The notes: generated from the letters alone by a model not told the origin. A stretch of DNA of 64,000 nt from a virus (IMGVR_UViG_3300013093_000040:6519-70518); one strand, 5' to 3'. Counted from the first letter of the stretch, positions 17,685 to 27,979 are shown. A program made the numbers and translations.

Positions 17685-17942
17685 TTACGTATTTTGTAAT
17701 AGAGTACTCAGTGCTGAGGCAGTTAGTGTGCCTGTGTGGCGATTTGTTACTACACCCGAAGAATTCACTGATATTATGGTGGGAATGGAACTAACATTAT
17801 ATTGTTTAGTAACTTCAGGAGAAAGATCTACATCTATGTAACTAACATGCACTCCTAGTGCTTGGGAAACTTTTTCTACTAAAGGCTTAAAAATTTTGCA
17901 AGGGGCGCACCACTGAGCGCCAAAGTACAATACTTGATTCAT
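17685..17942 (-). CDS. Thioredoxin
   Basis: WCAPC active site; SIPT cis-Pro motif. Confidence 0.9.
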   Translation of the reverse strand: MNQVLYFGAQWCAPCKIFKPLVEKVSQALGVHVSYIDVDLSPEVTKQYNVSSIPTIISVNSSGVVTNRHTGTLTASALSTLLQNT

Positions 17943-17944
17943 TT

Positions 17945-18193
17945 TTTAAAAAATTTTATAAAATCCTGTTTTAATTTTTCGGTAAATATTTCCACTTGCT
18001 CTTCGTATCGTTTATTATGAAGTTCCACTGAAACTTAAGGACACCATTGAAATGAAGCTTCTTTAGCTGTAATCTGATTTTCAGTAACAACCACTCCAGG
18101 TTTAACTTTAAATTCAAAATTTCCTTGCACAATCAACTTTCCTTTTTCAACTACTAATCTAGGTATAGTATTACTATTTAGTCTAGATATCAT
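17945..18193 (-). pseudogene. Small hypothetical ORF with an internal TAA
   Basis: MISRLNS...FQWCP*VSVELHNKRY...; stop at 18035-18037; 3' end approximate. Confidence 0.4.
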
Positions 18194-18215
18194 ATTATTA
18201 AATATTTAATTTTTA

Positions 18216-18803
18216 TTAATCCCACCAAGAACTTAAATGTTGTTCCAATATTTTGTACAGAAGTTTGTTACACCTATCCTGATTATAAAGTCCTACGTAA
18301 AAAGAAAGCGTTTCCAAATCATTAAAATCTTTTTCCGGATATATTTTTTTGATCTTTCTTACTGCACTAGGATATTTTTTGAGATAACCACTAAAATTCT
18401 CGCTCTTCAAATTAATTTTAAGTTCTCTTAAATCATGCATGTCTTCTACCGGAGCGAATTCAATTTCAGAATCTTGGTAATCATATTTTTCCATTGAATA
18501 GTAATCGCAAAGTTCCCGCTCAATGAGATTGAGCGCAAGCGTCATGTATTTGTTATTAACACTCACTTCTTTATGGCGATTTTTGCTGACCAGATAATTC
18601 CGTTGAAATTCAATCTTTTTTTGAAGTATTTTAAGTATAAAAGAATGATCCCAATTCCGATCACTCCAAATTGTGGGAAACCACCCTACTAAATTTTTTA
18701 TACGCCTCAAAAATTCAATCACTCTCCAATTAATAAAACGTTTCCAAGTTTTTCTTTCCCAAGCTGAATCACTCGGTAGTTTTAATTTATTATACTGTTT
18801 CAT
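18216..18803 (-). CDS. Hypothetical phage protein
   Basis: Likely start MKQYNKL; WFPTIWSDRNWD motif and a C-terminal WWD. Confidence 0.6.
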   Translation of the reverse strand: MKQYNKLKLPSDSAWERKTWKRFINWRVIEFLRRIKNLVGWFPTIWSDRNWDHSFILKILQKKIEFQRNYLVSKNRHKEVSVNNKYMTLALNLIERELCDYYSMEKYDYQDSEIEFAPVEDMHDLRELKINLKSENFSGYLKKYPSAVRKIKKIYPEKDFNDLETLSFYVGLYNQDRCNKLLYKILEQHLSSWWD

Positions 18804-19272
18804 CGTTCTTTGATTTTTTAATGTATTGGTACAAATCCAACAAAGAACCTTCAAAATTTTCCATTATATAAATTAACTCTTGCCTATCAATGTTAAATGT
18901 TCTACGAAAATCAGAATACATTTTTTCGAAAATTTCCTTTTCGTGTTTAAAATAATCTTTGTTTAATCGTCTAATGCGTTCTAAAAATAATTTTCTTATT
19001 TCGTGTTGTTTTGTGGGATCTTTAACTCCTTCCAATTTATCTTCCATCAAATAGAATTCGTGTTCCATTTGATACAAATAATCCGAAGGATCGTAATCGC
19101 CGTGCTTTATTTTTTCGTAAAGAGGCGTTTTTTTATCCAGCTCTTTTCTAGTTTCGTACCTTCTCCACCAATAGTATGGGTTATAACTCTTCTTGGTCAG
19201 TCTAGACAATTGGGATTCCAAAAATTCCCTACTACAAAACGCTTGCATAACTTTATTTTTTGTAAAGTACAA
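18790..19272 (-). CDS. Hypothetical protein
   Basis: 160-aa ORF in operon orientation. Confidence 0.6.
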   Translation of the reverse strand: MYFTKNKVMQAFCSREFLESQLSRLTKKSYNPYYWWRRYETRKELDKKTPLYEKIKHGDYDPSDYLYQMEHEFYLMEDKLEGVKDPTKQHEIRKLFLERIRRLNKDYFKHEKEIFEKMYSDFRRTFNIDRQELIYIMENFEGSLLDLYQYIKKSKNDETV

Positions 19273-19294
19273 AAATTTTCCTTACCGTAAAAAA

Positions 19295-19936
19295 TTATTT
19301 TTCTAGTAGACTATAATGTTTTGGATACAAATGCAAATTAGTTATGAAAAAATGCATTTGACCGATACTATGACCAGTCTTTTCAGAAATTAATTCCATC
19401 AATTTTGCAAAACAATACTGGTCATTTCCGAATCCGTACCAAAGATCTATTGATCTTGAGAATACGGTTAAATTTAATAAATTGTTCTTTATATAAAAAT
19501 TTAAAACTACATTACACGGGGTATCGTACTTGTAAATGTCTAATTCATGAAGCAAATAATGAACAATTATTGCACGTCTGGTATCTGGATTTTGTTTTAA
19601 ATCAGTAATTACTCTATTCAATTGGTTATTATAATTCCAGAAGCTTCCATAATTGCTCACTACGTTTGTGGTACCCGGAATCATCATATTTTTCCAAATT
19701 TTGGCATGCTCTGAAATTTCCTTTGCATCTCTATTGCCGGTCATGTACCAATCGAATTCGAAATTTGCATAATCCGCATTGAATTTTCTAATTGGAGTGG
19801 TTATAATTTTATCACTTGGATCAGATAAAGAAAACGAACAGTTAAATAATGCTTTTGTTCCCGCAAAATCTTCTCCAAAATCCGCTACTTTTTTATACAG
19901 TGATTCGAACGCATTTGTTGCGTTTTTATAGATCAT
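19295..19936 (-). CDS. Thymidylate-synthase-fold enzyme, dCMP hydroxymethylase-like
   Basis: TRRAI, TPC, RSIDLWYGFGND (Asp at the specificity position as in T4 gp42) and NLHLY motifs. Confidence 0.75.
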   Translation of the reverse strand: MIYKNATNAFESLYKKVADFGEDFAGTKALFNCSFSLSDPSDKIITTPIRKFNADYANFEFDWYMTGNRDAKEISEHAKIWKNMMIPGTTNVVSNYGSFWNYNNQLNRVITDLKQNPDTRRAIIVHYLLHELDIYKYDTPCNVVLNFYIKNNLLNLTVFSRSIDLWYGFGNDQYCFAKLMELISEKTGHSIGQMHFFITNLHLYPKHYSLLEK

Positions 19937-20429
19937 ACTTTTCTACTTTTACAAATTGAGATAAAAATTCAATACTACCGTTATCACGTTTAAATAATTC
20001 AGAATAAACCACCCTTATTATTCCTGATTGAATTATTAATTTGGCACAATCTATGCATGGGGATAATGTGGAATAAAGAGTAGATCCTTGAACTGCAATT
20101 CCTGATTTGGTGGCTTTTAGTATGGCGTTAGATTCTCCGTGAAGAACGTGAGGTTTTGTCACTAGTTTATATCTACCGAAATCATCCACCAAAGGCCAAT
20201 CCTCCATAGTTTTTTCTGGGTGTAACGAGTTATCCGAAGCTTCGTACATGTAAGCCTTTTCTTCGCAATCATTGTCCATGCCATGAGGAGCTCCGTTGTA
20301 CCCCATGCTCAAAATATTTTCATCTTTTACTAGTATGGATCCTACTTTAACCCTAACGCAATAGGACAGCGTTGATATTTCTTTTGCGATGTTTAAGTAA
20401 ACACCATCAAGTCTTTGCTGCTTATTCAT
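19926..20429 (-). CDS. dCMP deaminase family
   Basis: GYNGAP, HGESNAI and SPCIDC motifs. Confidence 0.9.
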   Translation of the reverse strand: MNKQQRLDGVYLNIAKEISTLSYCVRVKVGSILVKDENILSMGYNGAPHGMDNDCEEKAYMYEASDNSLHPEKTMEDWPLVDDFGRYKLVTKPHVLHGESNAILKATKSGIAVQGSTLYSTLSPCIDCAKLIIQSGIIRVVYSELFKRDNGSIEFLSQFVKVEKYDL

Positions 20430-20724
20430 CTTTTTTAAATGTTCCGTTTTCCATTTTTCCCTTCCTTTTCGCTATGACCGCGTAAGCCGAGTTTATGCAA
20501 TTTTCTATGTTATAGCCTTTGAGTTTGGCCAAATTAGTCAAAACCACTACGCAATCCCCAATGGCATCTACGAACTCTTCTTCATTTTGCTTTAAAATGG
20601 ATTCAGCTAGCTCTCCCATTTCCTCCATTAATTTTACGTACTGAGTTTTTGAATCACCCTTGGAATAAATTCCTTTGTCTTCAGCCCAATCTCTTATGGG
20701 TTGAAATTCATTTTTTAAATTCAT
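20422..20724 (-). CDS. MazG-like nucleotide pyrophosphohydrolase
   Basis: KLMEEMGEL...DAIGD motif. Confidence 0.85.
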   Translation of the reverse strand: MNLKNEFQPIRDWAEDKGIYSKGDSKTQYVKLMEEMGELAESILKQNEEEFVDAIGDCVVVLTNLAKLKGYNIENCINSAYAVIAKRKGKMENGTFKKDE

Positions 20725-21275
20725 ATTATTTCCTCTATTATTTTTAATTTTAATGCTTCTTCTGAATCAATGTACCAATCTTTTTTAGCGTCGTAACACC
20801 TTCTAAGTTGATCTTGGGTAATTTCAGTTTTTTTCAAAACATAATCCTCCATGATCTTTTGTATTCTAACTGTTTCAACCAAATCGTCTTGCGTGTCTTT
20901 AACCTTTCCATGAAAACCAGTGGAAACTTGGTGGTACATAAAAGTGGATTGCGGATAACAAAATCTCTTATGACCGCTTATTGATATCCAAAACGCAGCG
21001 CTCATTGCGCAGCCAACAACTATGGTGTGAATTGGAATTTTAGATCGATCTATCACACTTACTAATCCCATAGCGGAATAAGCCTCTCCACCGTAAGAGT
21101 CAATGTACAATTGAATGGGTTTTGGTGCATAAATCAAATCACTAACTTTCGCAAGTTTCATAAGTTGATTATCGTCCTGAGTTATGTCCAATATTTCTTT
21201 AATAATCGCATTAACGCTATCCTGATCCACTTGCTTGGCCAAGTGTAAAATTCTATTTTTTGGTTTTAGCTCCAT
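20721..21275 (-). CDS. ClpP-like serine protease
   Basis: IDSYGG, AMSAA, MYHQ and DWYI..EEAL motifs. Confidence 0.85.
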   Translation of the reverse strand: MELKPKNRILHLAKQVDQDSVNAIIKEILDITQDDNQLMKLAKVSDLIYAPKPIQLYIDSYGGEAYSAMGLVSVIDRSKIPIHTIVVGCAMSAAFWISISGHKRFCYPQSTFMYHQVSTGFHGKVKDTQDDLVETVRIQKIMEDYVLKKTEITQDQLRRCYDAKKDWYIDSEEALKLKIIEEII

Positions 21276-21778
21276 ATTTTAATGTGAATTTTTGTGTTGG
21301 GCAAGTAAAAATCTTTGTTATTAAATTCTTTCATGAATCTGTCTAAATTTAGTCCAGCGTAAGTAAAACACTGACCCCTAGATCCGGAATTAAGAACCTT
21401 TTTTTCATTTGTTATAAATTTTATTCTCCCTATCGTAAAAGCTTGATAGTATTTTGTTAGGGGTAAATTCCACTTAGTGTCAGTTCCCTGATTTGTTAAA
21501 CAAATGAATTCTTTTACGTTTCCAGATTCGTATTCACTAATCAACTTGTTAGTGAATTTATTAATCAATTTACTCGAATATGGCGGATTTAAAAAACAAT
21601 TTTTACAAGTCCACGATTTTGTTAAACTATTGTCCTCTTTTGTGTAAAATGTTTTAGCACCTATCCAGGAATTTGATATGATATTAGAAGCAGGATCCAA
21701 ATCTATAGATTCTCCAAAAACCCTTTTTACTTTTTCTATTATGTATTCGGGTGTATACCACTCATCATTTTTGTTCAT
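21266..21778 (-). CDS. Phage N6-adenine DNA methyltransferase
   Basis: EWYTP, DLDPAS and LNPPYS motifs. Confidence 0.85.
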   Translation of the reverse strand: MNKNDEWYTPEYIIEKVKRVFGESIDLDPASNIISNSWIGAKTFYTKEDNSLTKSWTCKNCFLNPPYSSKLINKFTNKLISEYESGNVKEFICLTNQGTDTKWNLPLTKYYQAFTIGRIKFITNEKKVLNSGSRGQCFTYAGLNLDRFMKEFNNKDFYLPNTKIHIKIWS

Positions 21779-22029
21779 CGACTATGCCTTCTGTTTTAAA
21801 AAATATTGCCATGTGAGCCACTTCTCCAGTAGGGGAACCGTCCTTATTAATTATTTCCACTGTGTTATAATAATAACAAGTTTTATATCCCTCGGCTTCT
21901 TTTTCCGCTAAAAGATCAAAACTAGCTTCCCTAAGAAAAGAAAATATAATGAATGGAATTGTTTACACTTTGCCTGTCTCTTCATCCAACCATCTGTGAT
22001 GTCCGTGATGATCATTTACTAGTATTACT

Positions 22030-22210
22030 TTAATTGTTTTCGTATTTTCCTGTACCGTTACAAAATTCGCAAATTCTCAAAGAAGCATTCTTTGGATCCA
22101 CCCAACCACCAGCACCGTTACAAGCCCAACAAACTCCTAAGGCCTTTTTCAGTAAAAAGAAAACAACAATTAAAAGAGCAAGGGCAGCAGATATTAAAGT
22201 TATGATTTTT
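22030..22210 (-). CDS. Small membrane-anchored DnaJ-type zinc-finger protein (start unclear)
   Basis: Hydrophobic helix followed by CWACNGAG...CEFCNGTG; not in the ORF track. Confidence 0.5.
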
Positions 22211-22392
22211 AAAAATTTAATTTGTTCACTTGATAATTTTGGACTCTTTAACGTTATTAACTTTTATCCAACGAATTACCTCAAGCATTCCGTGATAGTA
22301 AGAAGCATCGGTCAGTTCTATATCCTTTAAAACTTCTTTTTCTAAATCGTTTATGTCCTTCCAATTAAGAACTACGCAATCTTTTGATTCCA

Positions 22393-22644
22393 TTATTTTA
22401 ATATTTTATCTGAATGTTCGAGCTGTCTTTGTTTTTCTCCTATCTTTTTCCTTCTCTCCAATTTTTTGGAAACTGAGATTTCTTTCTTCTCTATTTCCTC
22501 TTCTTGTTTCTCAGTAATGTTCCTTGAAACTGTCTTCCACTCAGATTTTGGAACGAATTCCCATCTACTTCCCACCATTTGATTTACTTGCTGATCGGTG
22601 ACTCTAACGATTTCGTTAGTCTCCCTGTTTTTGATACACTTCAT
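22393..22644 (-). CDS. Hypothetical protein
   Basis: ATG ORF overlapping the previous gene; WEFVPKSEWK motif. Confidence 0.6.
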   Translation of the reverse strand: MKCIKNRETNEIVRVTDQQVNQMVGSRWEFVPKSEWKTVSRNITEKQEEEIEKKEISVSKKLERRKKIGEKQRQLEHSDKILK

Positions 22645-22939
22645 TGGTTGTTTCCTCCGTGTTTTGTTTTAAATTTGAATAATACTTGTCCAAAGATGCC
22701 ATGTAGGCCATGGCGTCCAAATAATTGTCCTTTCTGTAATTCCAGGAAGCTCTGGACAGCTTAAGAGCTATCAATACGTTGTAGACATCGACAGTGGATA
22801 TGTCCTTCTTGGAGAGCTCAGATGCAATCCTGGCAGTTTGTTCCATACCCTCTTCAAATGGACCGTAAAGCCTTTCCTTTTCTTCCGCTCTTTCGAAAAC
22901 TATGTTGTGCGCCTGTTGTAGTATACTTTTTTCTTCCAT
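22616..22939 (-). CDS. DUF6378-like protein
   Basis: R...YGPF...A.I...LKLSR...DNYLD..AY motif. Confidence 0.7.
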   Translation of the reverse strand: MEEKSILQQAHNIVFERAEEKERLYGPFEEGMEQTARIASELSKKDISTVDVYNVLIALKLSRASWNYRKDNYLDAMAYMASLDKYYSNLKQNTEETTNEVYQKQGD

Positions 22940-22942
22940 TTT

Positions 22943-23149
22943 TTAATTAAGGGATTTTATAGCATGAATCCTTAAGATTGGGTACCAAATATTTTTACAC
23001 ACTTTATCAAATTCATCAAAGCATATAAATCTAACCATGGGACCTTCAAAAATAACCTTAGCTCTTTCTACAAGAAAATGTTCAGGACTGTCGATAAATA
23101 ATATACTAAAATCTGATTTTTTTAATTGTTTTTCTTTTTCAGTTGACAT
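22943..23149 (-). CDS. Hypothetical protein
   Basis: Likely start MSTEKEK. Confidence 0.45.
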   Translation of the reverse strand: MSTEKEKQLKKSDFSILFIDSPEHFLVERAKVIFEGPMVRFICFDEFDKVCKNIWYPILRIHAIKSLN

Positions 23150-23160
23150 ATTTTTATTTT

Positions 23161-24069
23161 TTATGATCTTTCTAAATCTCTCATATCGCCCCACTCTCTT
23201 TTAGAATCCACGCTTTTCATGTCAATTTCAACCACCCTCTTTTCTATTTGTGCGTCTGCTCCTACGTTTATGAAGTACGCTCCCGGTTTGGCTCTCTCTT
23301 TAAAGACTTCAAACGCTTTTGCATCGTAGGTGGCCGTTGTAGGAAACGGTGGTAATTTTTCAGGTTTTACCGGTTTCAAAAACGGAACTGTCGCACTTTC
23401 CACTATAGCCCTTCCGATCTCTCCGCTCTTTAAATTTCTTGCTACCGCGATGCCGTAAGGAATGGCGTTCGGCCAGCCAATTTCAAGTCCACGTATCATG
23501 GTACCCGTAGAAACTGCGCACCAAAATTCCGGTGGTTCTTTTAGTCCGTGGGCAAAGTTAACTATTCCAGCTGTAACAGCAGGAATTCCAGAAAGCCCAA
23601 AGTTCAAGTATTGAGCTCCGTGTTTTTCCGCCCACCTTTTTGCGTAAATGTTTATAGTTGGCATCGCGGGAGTTTTAACGAACCTGAGTTCGGCTCCGTA
23701 GGCTATTACCACCGCCTGGTGCTTTGACACTTCCTTTGAAGCCGGAGCAAAAAATACGGCTTTCTTACCGTATAATTGCGCCAAATTTGCGATTGCTTCA
23801 GGTGCGTGACCTACCCTTGGCGCCACGTAAACAAATGTATCCAGTGGACACTCTGCTATCACTTTTTCGGCAGCAAACGCTTTAAATCCGGCGAGAGATT
23901 TATCGCATCGAATTATAAATTTGTCCTCAAATGGTTCAACCACCGGGGGTGGCATTTTTGATTTAAACCCGTGACCATACATTTTTAAATAATACTTCTT
24001 TGCCTCGTGATAGTCCATTCCTTCTGGAAGGTCTTTATTTGAAGTATCCGTCGTAATTTCAAATCTCAT
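23161..24069 (-). CDS. PLP-dependent enzyme (fold type II, cysteine-synthase-like)
   Basis: GFKAFAA Lys, PRVGHAPEAIA and WCAVSTGT phosphate loop. Confidence 0.7.
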   Translation of the reverse strand: MRFEITTDTSNKDLPEGMDYHEAKKYYLKMYGHGFKSKMPPPVVEPFEDKFIIRCDKSLAGFKAFAAEKVIAECPLDTFVYVAPRVGHAPEAIANLAQLYGKKAVFFAPASKEVSKHQAVVIAYGAELRFVKTPAMPTINIYAKRWAEKHGAQYLNFGLSGIPAVTAGIVNFAHGLKEPPEFWCAVSTGTMIRGLEIGWPNAIPYGIAVARNLKSGEIGRAIVESATVPFLKPVKPEKLPPFPTTATYDAKAFEVFKERAKPGAYFINVGADAQIEKRVVEIDMKSVDSKREWGDMRDLERS

Positions 24070-24078
24070 ATTTTTTAT

Positions 24079-24762
24079 TTAAAAACAGATAGTATTATTA
24101 TTTTTATTTTTACAATTTTCAAAATGCCATTGTTTCATTTGATTTATCGCCCCTTCTTTATCACAATAAGGACAGCATACTTTCTTTCTGTTTAGCGCTT
24201 TATATTTCATTTTTTTCTGAACATCTAATCTTTTAGCTGGATTATTTATACTTAGCCCTCTAAGTCTTCTAGATTCTCTTAAATCGTCTGAAATATTTTT
24301 AGCTTTTTCACTCATTATTTTTTTAGTTTCTAATGAATGTTTTTTTCCTCTGTGAATTTTAGACATGCGATCTTTCATTTCGTCTGACCAAAATTTATTT
24401 TTCATATAGCTAGAATGTAAAATAGAACTTTTTATTTTGGCGTATTCGATTATTCTACTACTAGGCACATATCTAACTTGATTTTTATCTTTTACACTGC
24501 ACAACATGCTAAATGCTTTTGCTAACTTATAATTCTCAGGATAAATTTCATGTAATAGCCAATGGCATAAAAAATGTTCTCTAGCGGTTAATAAAGCTAT
24601 ATTTGAATGATCGTATTGAGTAGGCCATCCTGTTCCTCCTAAACATTTTGGAACTATATGATGACCTTCATAATACTCTCCAAGTTTTTTTTTATTTTTT
24701 CTAATATTTAATTCGTTCTTTGCTCTTTTACAAATATCTTCGTAGATTTTTTTATAATTCAT
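24079..24762 (-). mobile_element. HNH homing endonuclease with NUMOD3
   Basis: EGHHIVPKCLGG, LTAREHFLCHWLL and HRGKKHSLETKKIMS motifs. Confidence 0.9.
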
Positions 24763-24789
24763 AGTTATTTCATATACTATAAATATTCA

Positions 24790-25728
24790 TTAACCTAAGA
24801 TTTCATTTAAAAACGGGTAATATCGAGGTTTTAAGTGAACAGATTGGCGACTTTCTAATATATCCAACATTTTAGTTCCGTCTAAATCAATCCAATCTTC
24901 TGGCCAGGATATATATTTCTGACCTGAATTTCTTATTATTTCTACAGCTATTTGTCGTATCTCCATTCTCTCTTCTCTAGTTCCAAAGAATGGTTGTTTT
25001 TTATACAATCTAGTTCCAGAAATTTTTCTAGATTCGTGTTCTATTGGAAGTGGTTCAACTATAGTATTATTTTTCAATCTCCTGGAAAAATCAACATATC
25101 TACCAATTAAATCTTTAGTTGCATCTTTTGGATTCACTTGTCTCATTAGATGGAATCTAATATCGATATTCATAAAATAAGTAGTAGTTTGATCAAACCT
25201 GCTGTTAATCTCTTCCGCTGATTCTCTTCTTAAAAATCCATGTAAAGTTCTTCCAGTCGTGAAATCCAAAGAATATCCAGGTCTCCAAACGGACAGCACA
25301 TGAGAATCCCCTATCACACCTAACTTATTCTTCATACCGTGAGAGTAAAAAGTTTCGTACCAAGCAATGTCGTGCACCTCGGGTAATTGTAAATTGGGTA
25401 TTTTTAATCTCCTGTTAAATAGTTCAAAATCAAACATGGTGTTTGAAAAAAGTATTTCGCCCGGGTAGTTTGCGATCGCTTTCATTTTTTCGTAATGAAT
25501 TGGCTTTGGACCCCCTGGGATATTAAAAACTCCGGGCACAAAATTCACTCCCTCGCAAACGTAAAGTATGTCGTAATCTTCCCAATCACTGGGATCTGGA
25601 TTGACTGCAACATCATCCAATGGGTACTCGTCTCTTAACATTTTGGTTTGAATTAAACCGTACCCACCGCCATGCGAATTTAGGGTGGTACCAACGGGTC
25701 CCATCATGGAAATTAATCCTATTTTCAT
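24790..25728 (-). CDS. Hypothetical protein (SHGGGYG and IGDSH motifs), possibly DNA-modification related
   Basis: 312-aa ORF heading the PLP-enzyme operon. Confidence 0.55.
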   Translation of the reverse strand: MKIGLISMMGPVGTTLNSHGGGYGLIQTKMLRDEYPLDDVAVNPDPSDWEDYDILYVCEGVNFVPGVFNIPGGPKPIHYEKMKAIANYPGEILFSNTMFDFELFNRRLKIPNLQLPEVHDIAWYETFYSHGMKNKLGVIGDSHVLSVWRPGYSLDFTTGRTLHGFLRRESAEEINSRFDQTTTYFMNIDIRFHLMRQVNPKDATKDLIGRYVDFSRRLKNNTIVEPLPIEHESRKISGTRLYKKQPFFGTREERMEIRQIAVEIIRNSGQKYISWPEDWIDLDGTKMLDILESRQSVHLKPRYYPFLNEILG

Positions 25729-25796
25729 AACTGCTTATTAAATATAAATGTAATTAAACGTTTTCTATTTTGGAAATCTATCTTTTAAGTAAAATC

Positions 25797-25825
25797 AAAA
25801 AAAGGGGGTGCATTGTGCCCCCCTT
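25797..25825 (-). terminator. Terminator after groEL
   Basis: GGGGGCAC-AAT-GCACCCCC stem followed by T7. Confidence 0.75.
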
Positions 25826-25840
25826 AAAATTATGAATTTT

Positions 25841-27490
25841 TTACATTCCCATCATGGGATTTACTGATTCTTTTTCGTCCTTCGATTTCTTTTCAAAAAT
25901 TACGCTTTCCGTGGTTAGTATGGTCCCAGCAACTGAAGCAGCGTTCTTCAATGCGGTAATTACCACTTTACATGGGTCTATCAACCCCTCTTCTATGGAA
26001 TCGACCACCTTTCCCCTTTTTGCGTCGTAAGTAGCGGATTTTTCGTTACCAGTTGAAGAATCTTGATCTAAAACTTTTTGTGCGATCTCGTACCAATTTT
26101 CCCTGCCTGTGTTTGCGAGTATGGTTCTAAACGGAGATTCGCAGGCTTTTTTGACAATGTCGTGAGCAATGGCCTCAGGACCAATTTCTGGACTCAATAA
26201 AGTTTGAACAGCTTTGTAAAGGGCCATTCCGCCGCCCGCAACTATTCCGTCCGCAAGAGCTGCCTTAGTGGCGTACAGCGCATCTTCTACCCTGTCTCTC
26301 TTCTCTTTTATTTCAACTTCTGAGTTTCCTCCTACGTTAATGATTGCAACTCCACCCACCAATTTTCCAAGTCTTTCTTGCAATTTTTCTTTTTCGTAAA
26401 AAGAACTTGCCTTTTCTATTTGTTCCTTTATCTCTTCCGCTCTTTTGACTATCGATGCTTCTTCTCCCTTACCATCAACGATGGTGGTTTCCTCCTTGGA
26501 AATCGTTGCCAATCTTGCCTTGCCCAAAAAACTATCTAATTGAAGCGAAGTTAACTTGTCCAATTTGTGGCCTTTGTCCTTTGATATTACTTGACCCCCC
26601 GTAAGAATTGCTATGTCCTCCAAGATCAAGGTTTTCCTCTCTCCAAAATCGGGTGCTTTTACCGCGCACACTTGCACGATTCCCCTCATTTTGTTTACTA
26701 TCAGAGTGGCAAGAGCTTCTTCTCCTATGTCCTCAGAAATCATCAAAAGGGATCTGTTCTCAGCGTTGACCTTGTTCAATACCTGCAAAAGTTCTTGCGC
26801 TGATGATATTCTGCCGTCGTAAATTAACACGTAGGGATTTTCAAGTCCGCACTGCATGTTTGTGTTATTGGTAACAAAGTAGGGGGATTTATAACCGCGA
26901 TCGAATTGCATTCCCTCAACGACTTCTAAGCTAGTTTCACCTGATTTTGATTCCTCTATTGTGACTATGCCCTCGCGACCAACTTTTTCTATCGCGGTCG
27001 CTATTAAGTTACCCACCTCTTCGTCGTTATTGCCTGAAATGGTGGCAACTTGTTTGATTTGTTCTTGCGAAGATACTTCAACCGATTTGCTTTTAACTCC
27101 CAAAATTACTGCGTCAACAACCTTATCTATGGCCAATTTGATTTCGATCGCGTTTGTCCCCTGTCTTATGTTTTTTAATCCCTCTTCTACTATTTTCGTG
27201 GCCAATAACGTAGAAGTCGTGGTACCGTCTCCCGCCTCGTTTGCGGATTTTATGCTAACCTGTTTCACTAGGTTAGCACCGATTGTCTCTATCGGGTCCT
27301 CTAATTCACCAAAGGCCTTTGCGACTGACACGCCGTCCTTACTGACTCTGACCTCTCCGTATTGATCATTTATCAAAACAGTCCTACCGCCAGGTCCCAA
27401 AGTTGAACTAACAGCAGTGTTCAACTTAATTATTCCCGATAACAATTTTTCTTTCAATTCTTGTCCGTGGACAAATTGGGTTTTACTCAT
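25841..27490 (-). CDS. groEL: Chaperonin GroEL
   Basis: TLGPGGR, AGDGTTT, GMQFDRGY.SPYF and KAPDFGERK motifs; MMGM tail. Confidence 0.97.
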   Translation of the reverse strand: MSKTQFVHGQELKEKLLSGIIKLNTAVSSTLGPGGRTVLINDQYGEVRVSKDGVSVAKAFGELEDPIETIGANLVKQVSIKSANEAGDGTTTSTLLATKIVEEGLKNIRQGTNAIEIKLAIDKVVDAVILGVKSKSVEVSSQEQIKQVATISGNNDEEVGNLIATAIEKVGREGIVTIEESKSGETSLEVVEGMQFDRGYKSPYFVTNNTNMQCGLENPYVLIYDGRISSAQELLQVLNKVNAENRSLLMISEDIGEEALATLIVNKMRGIVQVCAVKAPDFGERKTLILEDIAILTGGQVISKDKGHKLDKLTSLQLDSFLGKARLATISKEETTIVDGKGEEASIVKRAEEIKEQIEKASSFYEKEKLQERLGKLVGGVAIINVGGNSEVEIKEKRDRVEDALYATKAALADGIVAGGGMALYKAVQTLLSPEIGPEAIAHDIVKKACESPFRTILANTGRENWYEIAQKVLDQDSSTGNEKSATYDAKRGKVVDSIEEGLIDPCKVVITALKNAASVAGTILTTESVIFEKKSKDEKESVNPMMGM

Positions 27491-27680
27491 AATTTTTTTT
27501 TCTGTTTAATTTTTTATTCAATTTCTTTTCCTTCGATCTCATTTCGTTATCAACCACACAATAAATGTGATCGTGACCCTGCAAATATTGATCTTCAATA
27601 TCTGTTGTTTCGACGTTACAAATGCTGCAATGAAATCTACTTTGCGTTTCTTTTTTTTCGATAACCCTAATTTTGCTCAT
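27483..27680 (-). CDS. Small hypothetical protein (CxxC...HxxC)
   Basis: Lies between groES and groEL and overlaps the groEL start. Confidence 0.55.
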   Translation of the reverse strand: MSKIRVIEKKETQSRFHCSICNVETTDIEDQYLQGHDHIYCVVDNEMRSKEKKLNKKLNRKKNYE

Positions 27681-27685
27681 GATTT

Positions 27686-27979
27686 TTAATTTTCAACCAC
27701 GGCCAAAACTTCCGTGTCCTTGGTGATAAAATAATCCTCTCCAGCTACAGAAATTTTTGCTGTTCCCATTTTTGGAATGAGAACTTTTTGTCCCACGCTC
27801 AATTGAGAATCAACAAACTCCCCCCTATGCCAATTGTAGGTCTGACTTGTAGCGATGACTTCGCCCATTTCAGGGCGTTCTTTGCCTAAATCCGGGATGA
27901 CTATGTTTCCGTAAGTTTGTTCTTGTTCTTCGATCGGTTTCAAAACAACGAAACCGTTTTTTGGGTTTAATTTACTCAT
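27686..27979 (-). CDS. groES: Co-chaperonin GroES
   Basis: LNPKNGFVVL, GNIVIPD, GEVIA and EVLAVV motifs; next to groEL. Confidence 0.9.
   Translation of the reverse strand: MSKLNPKNGFVVLKPIEEQEQTYGNIVIPDLGKERPEMGEVIATSQTYNWHRGEFVDSQLSVGQKVLIPKMGTAKISVAGEDYFITKDTEVLAVVEN

Noticed and set aside
9690-18037. Stop-codon reassignment suggested by several in-frame TAA/TGA codons
   Set aside because: TAA, TAG and TGA all end well-recognised genes, core genes are intact in code 11, and no suppressor tRNA is present. The 13573 stop can be explained by homopolymer insertions.
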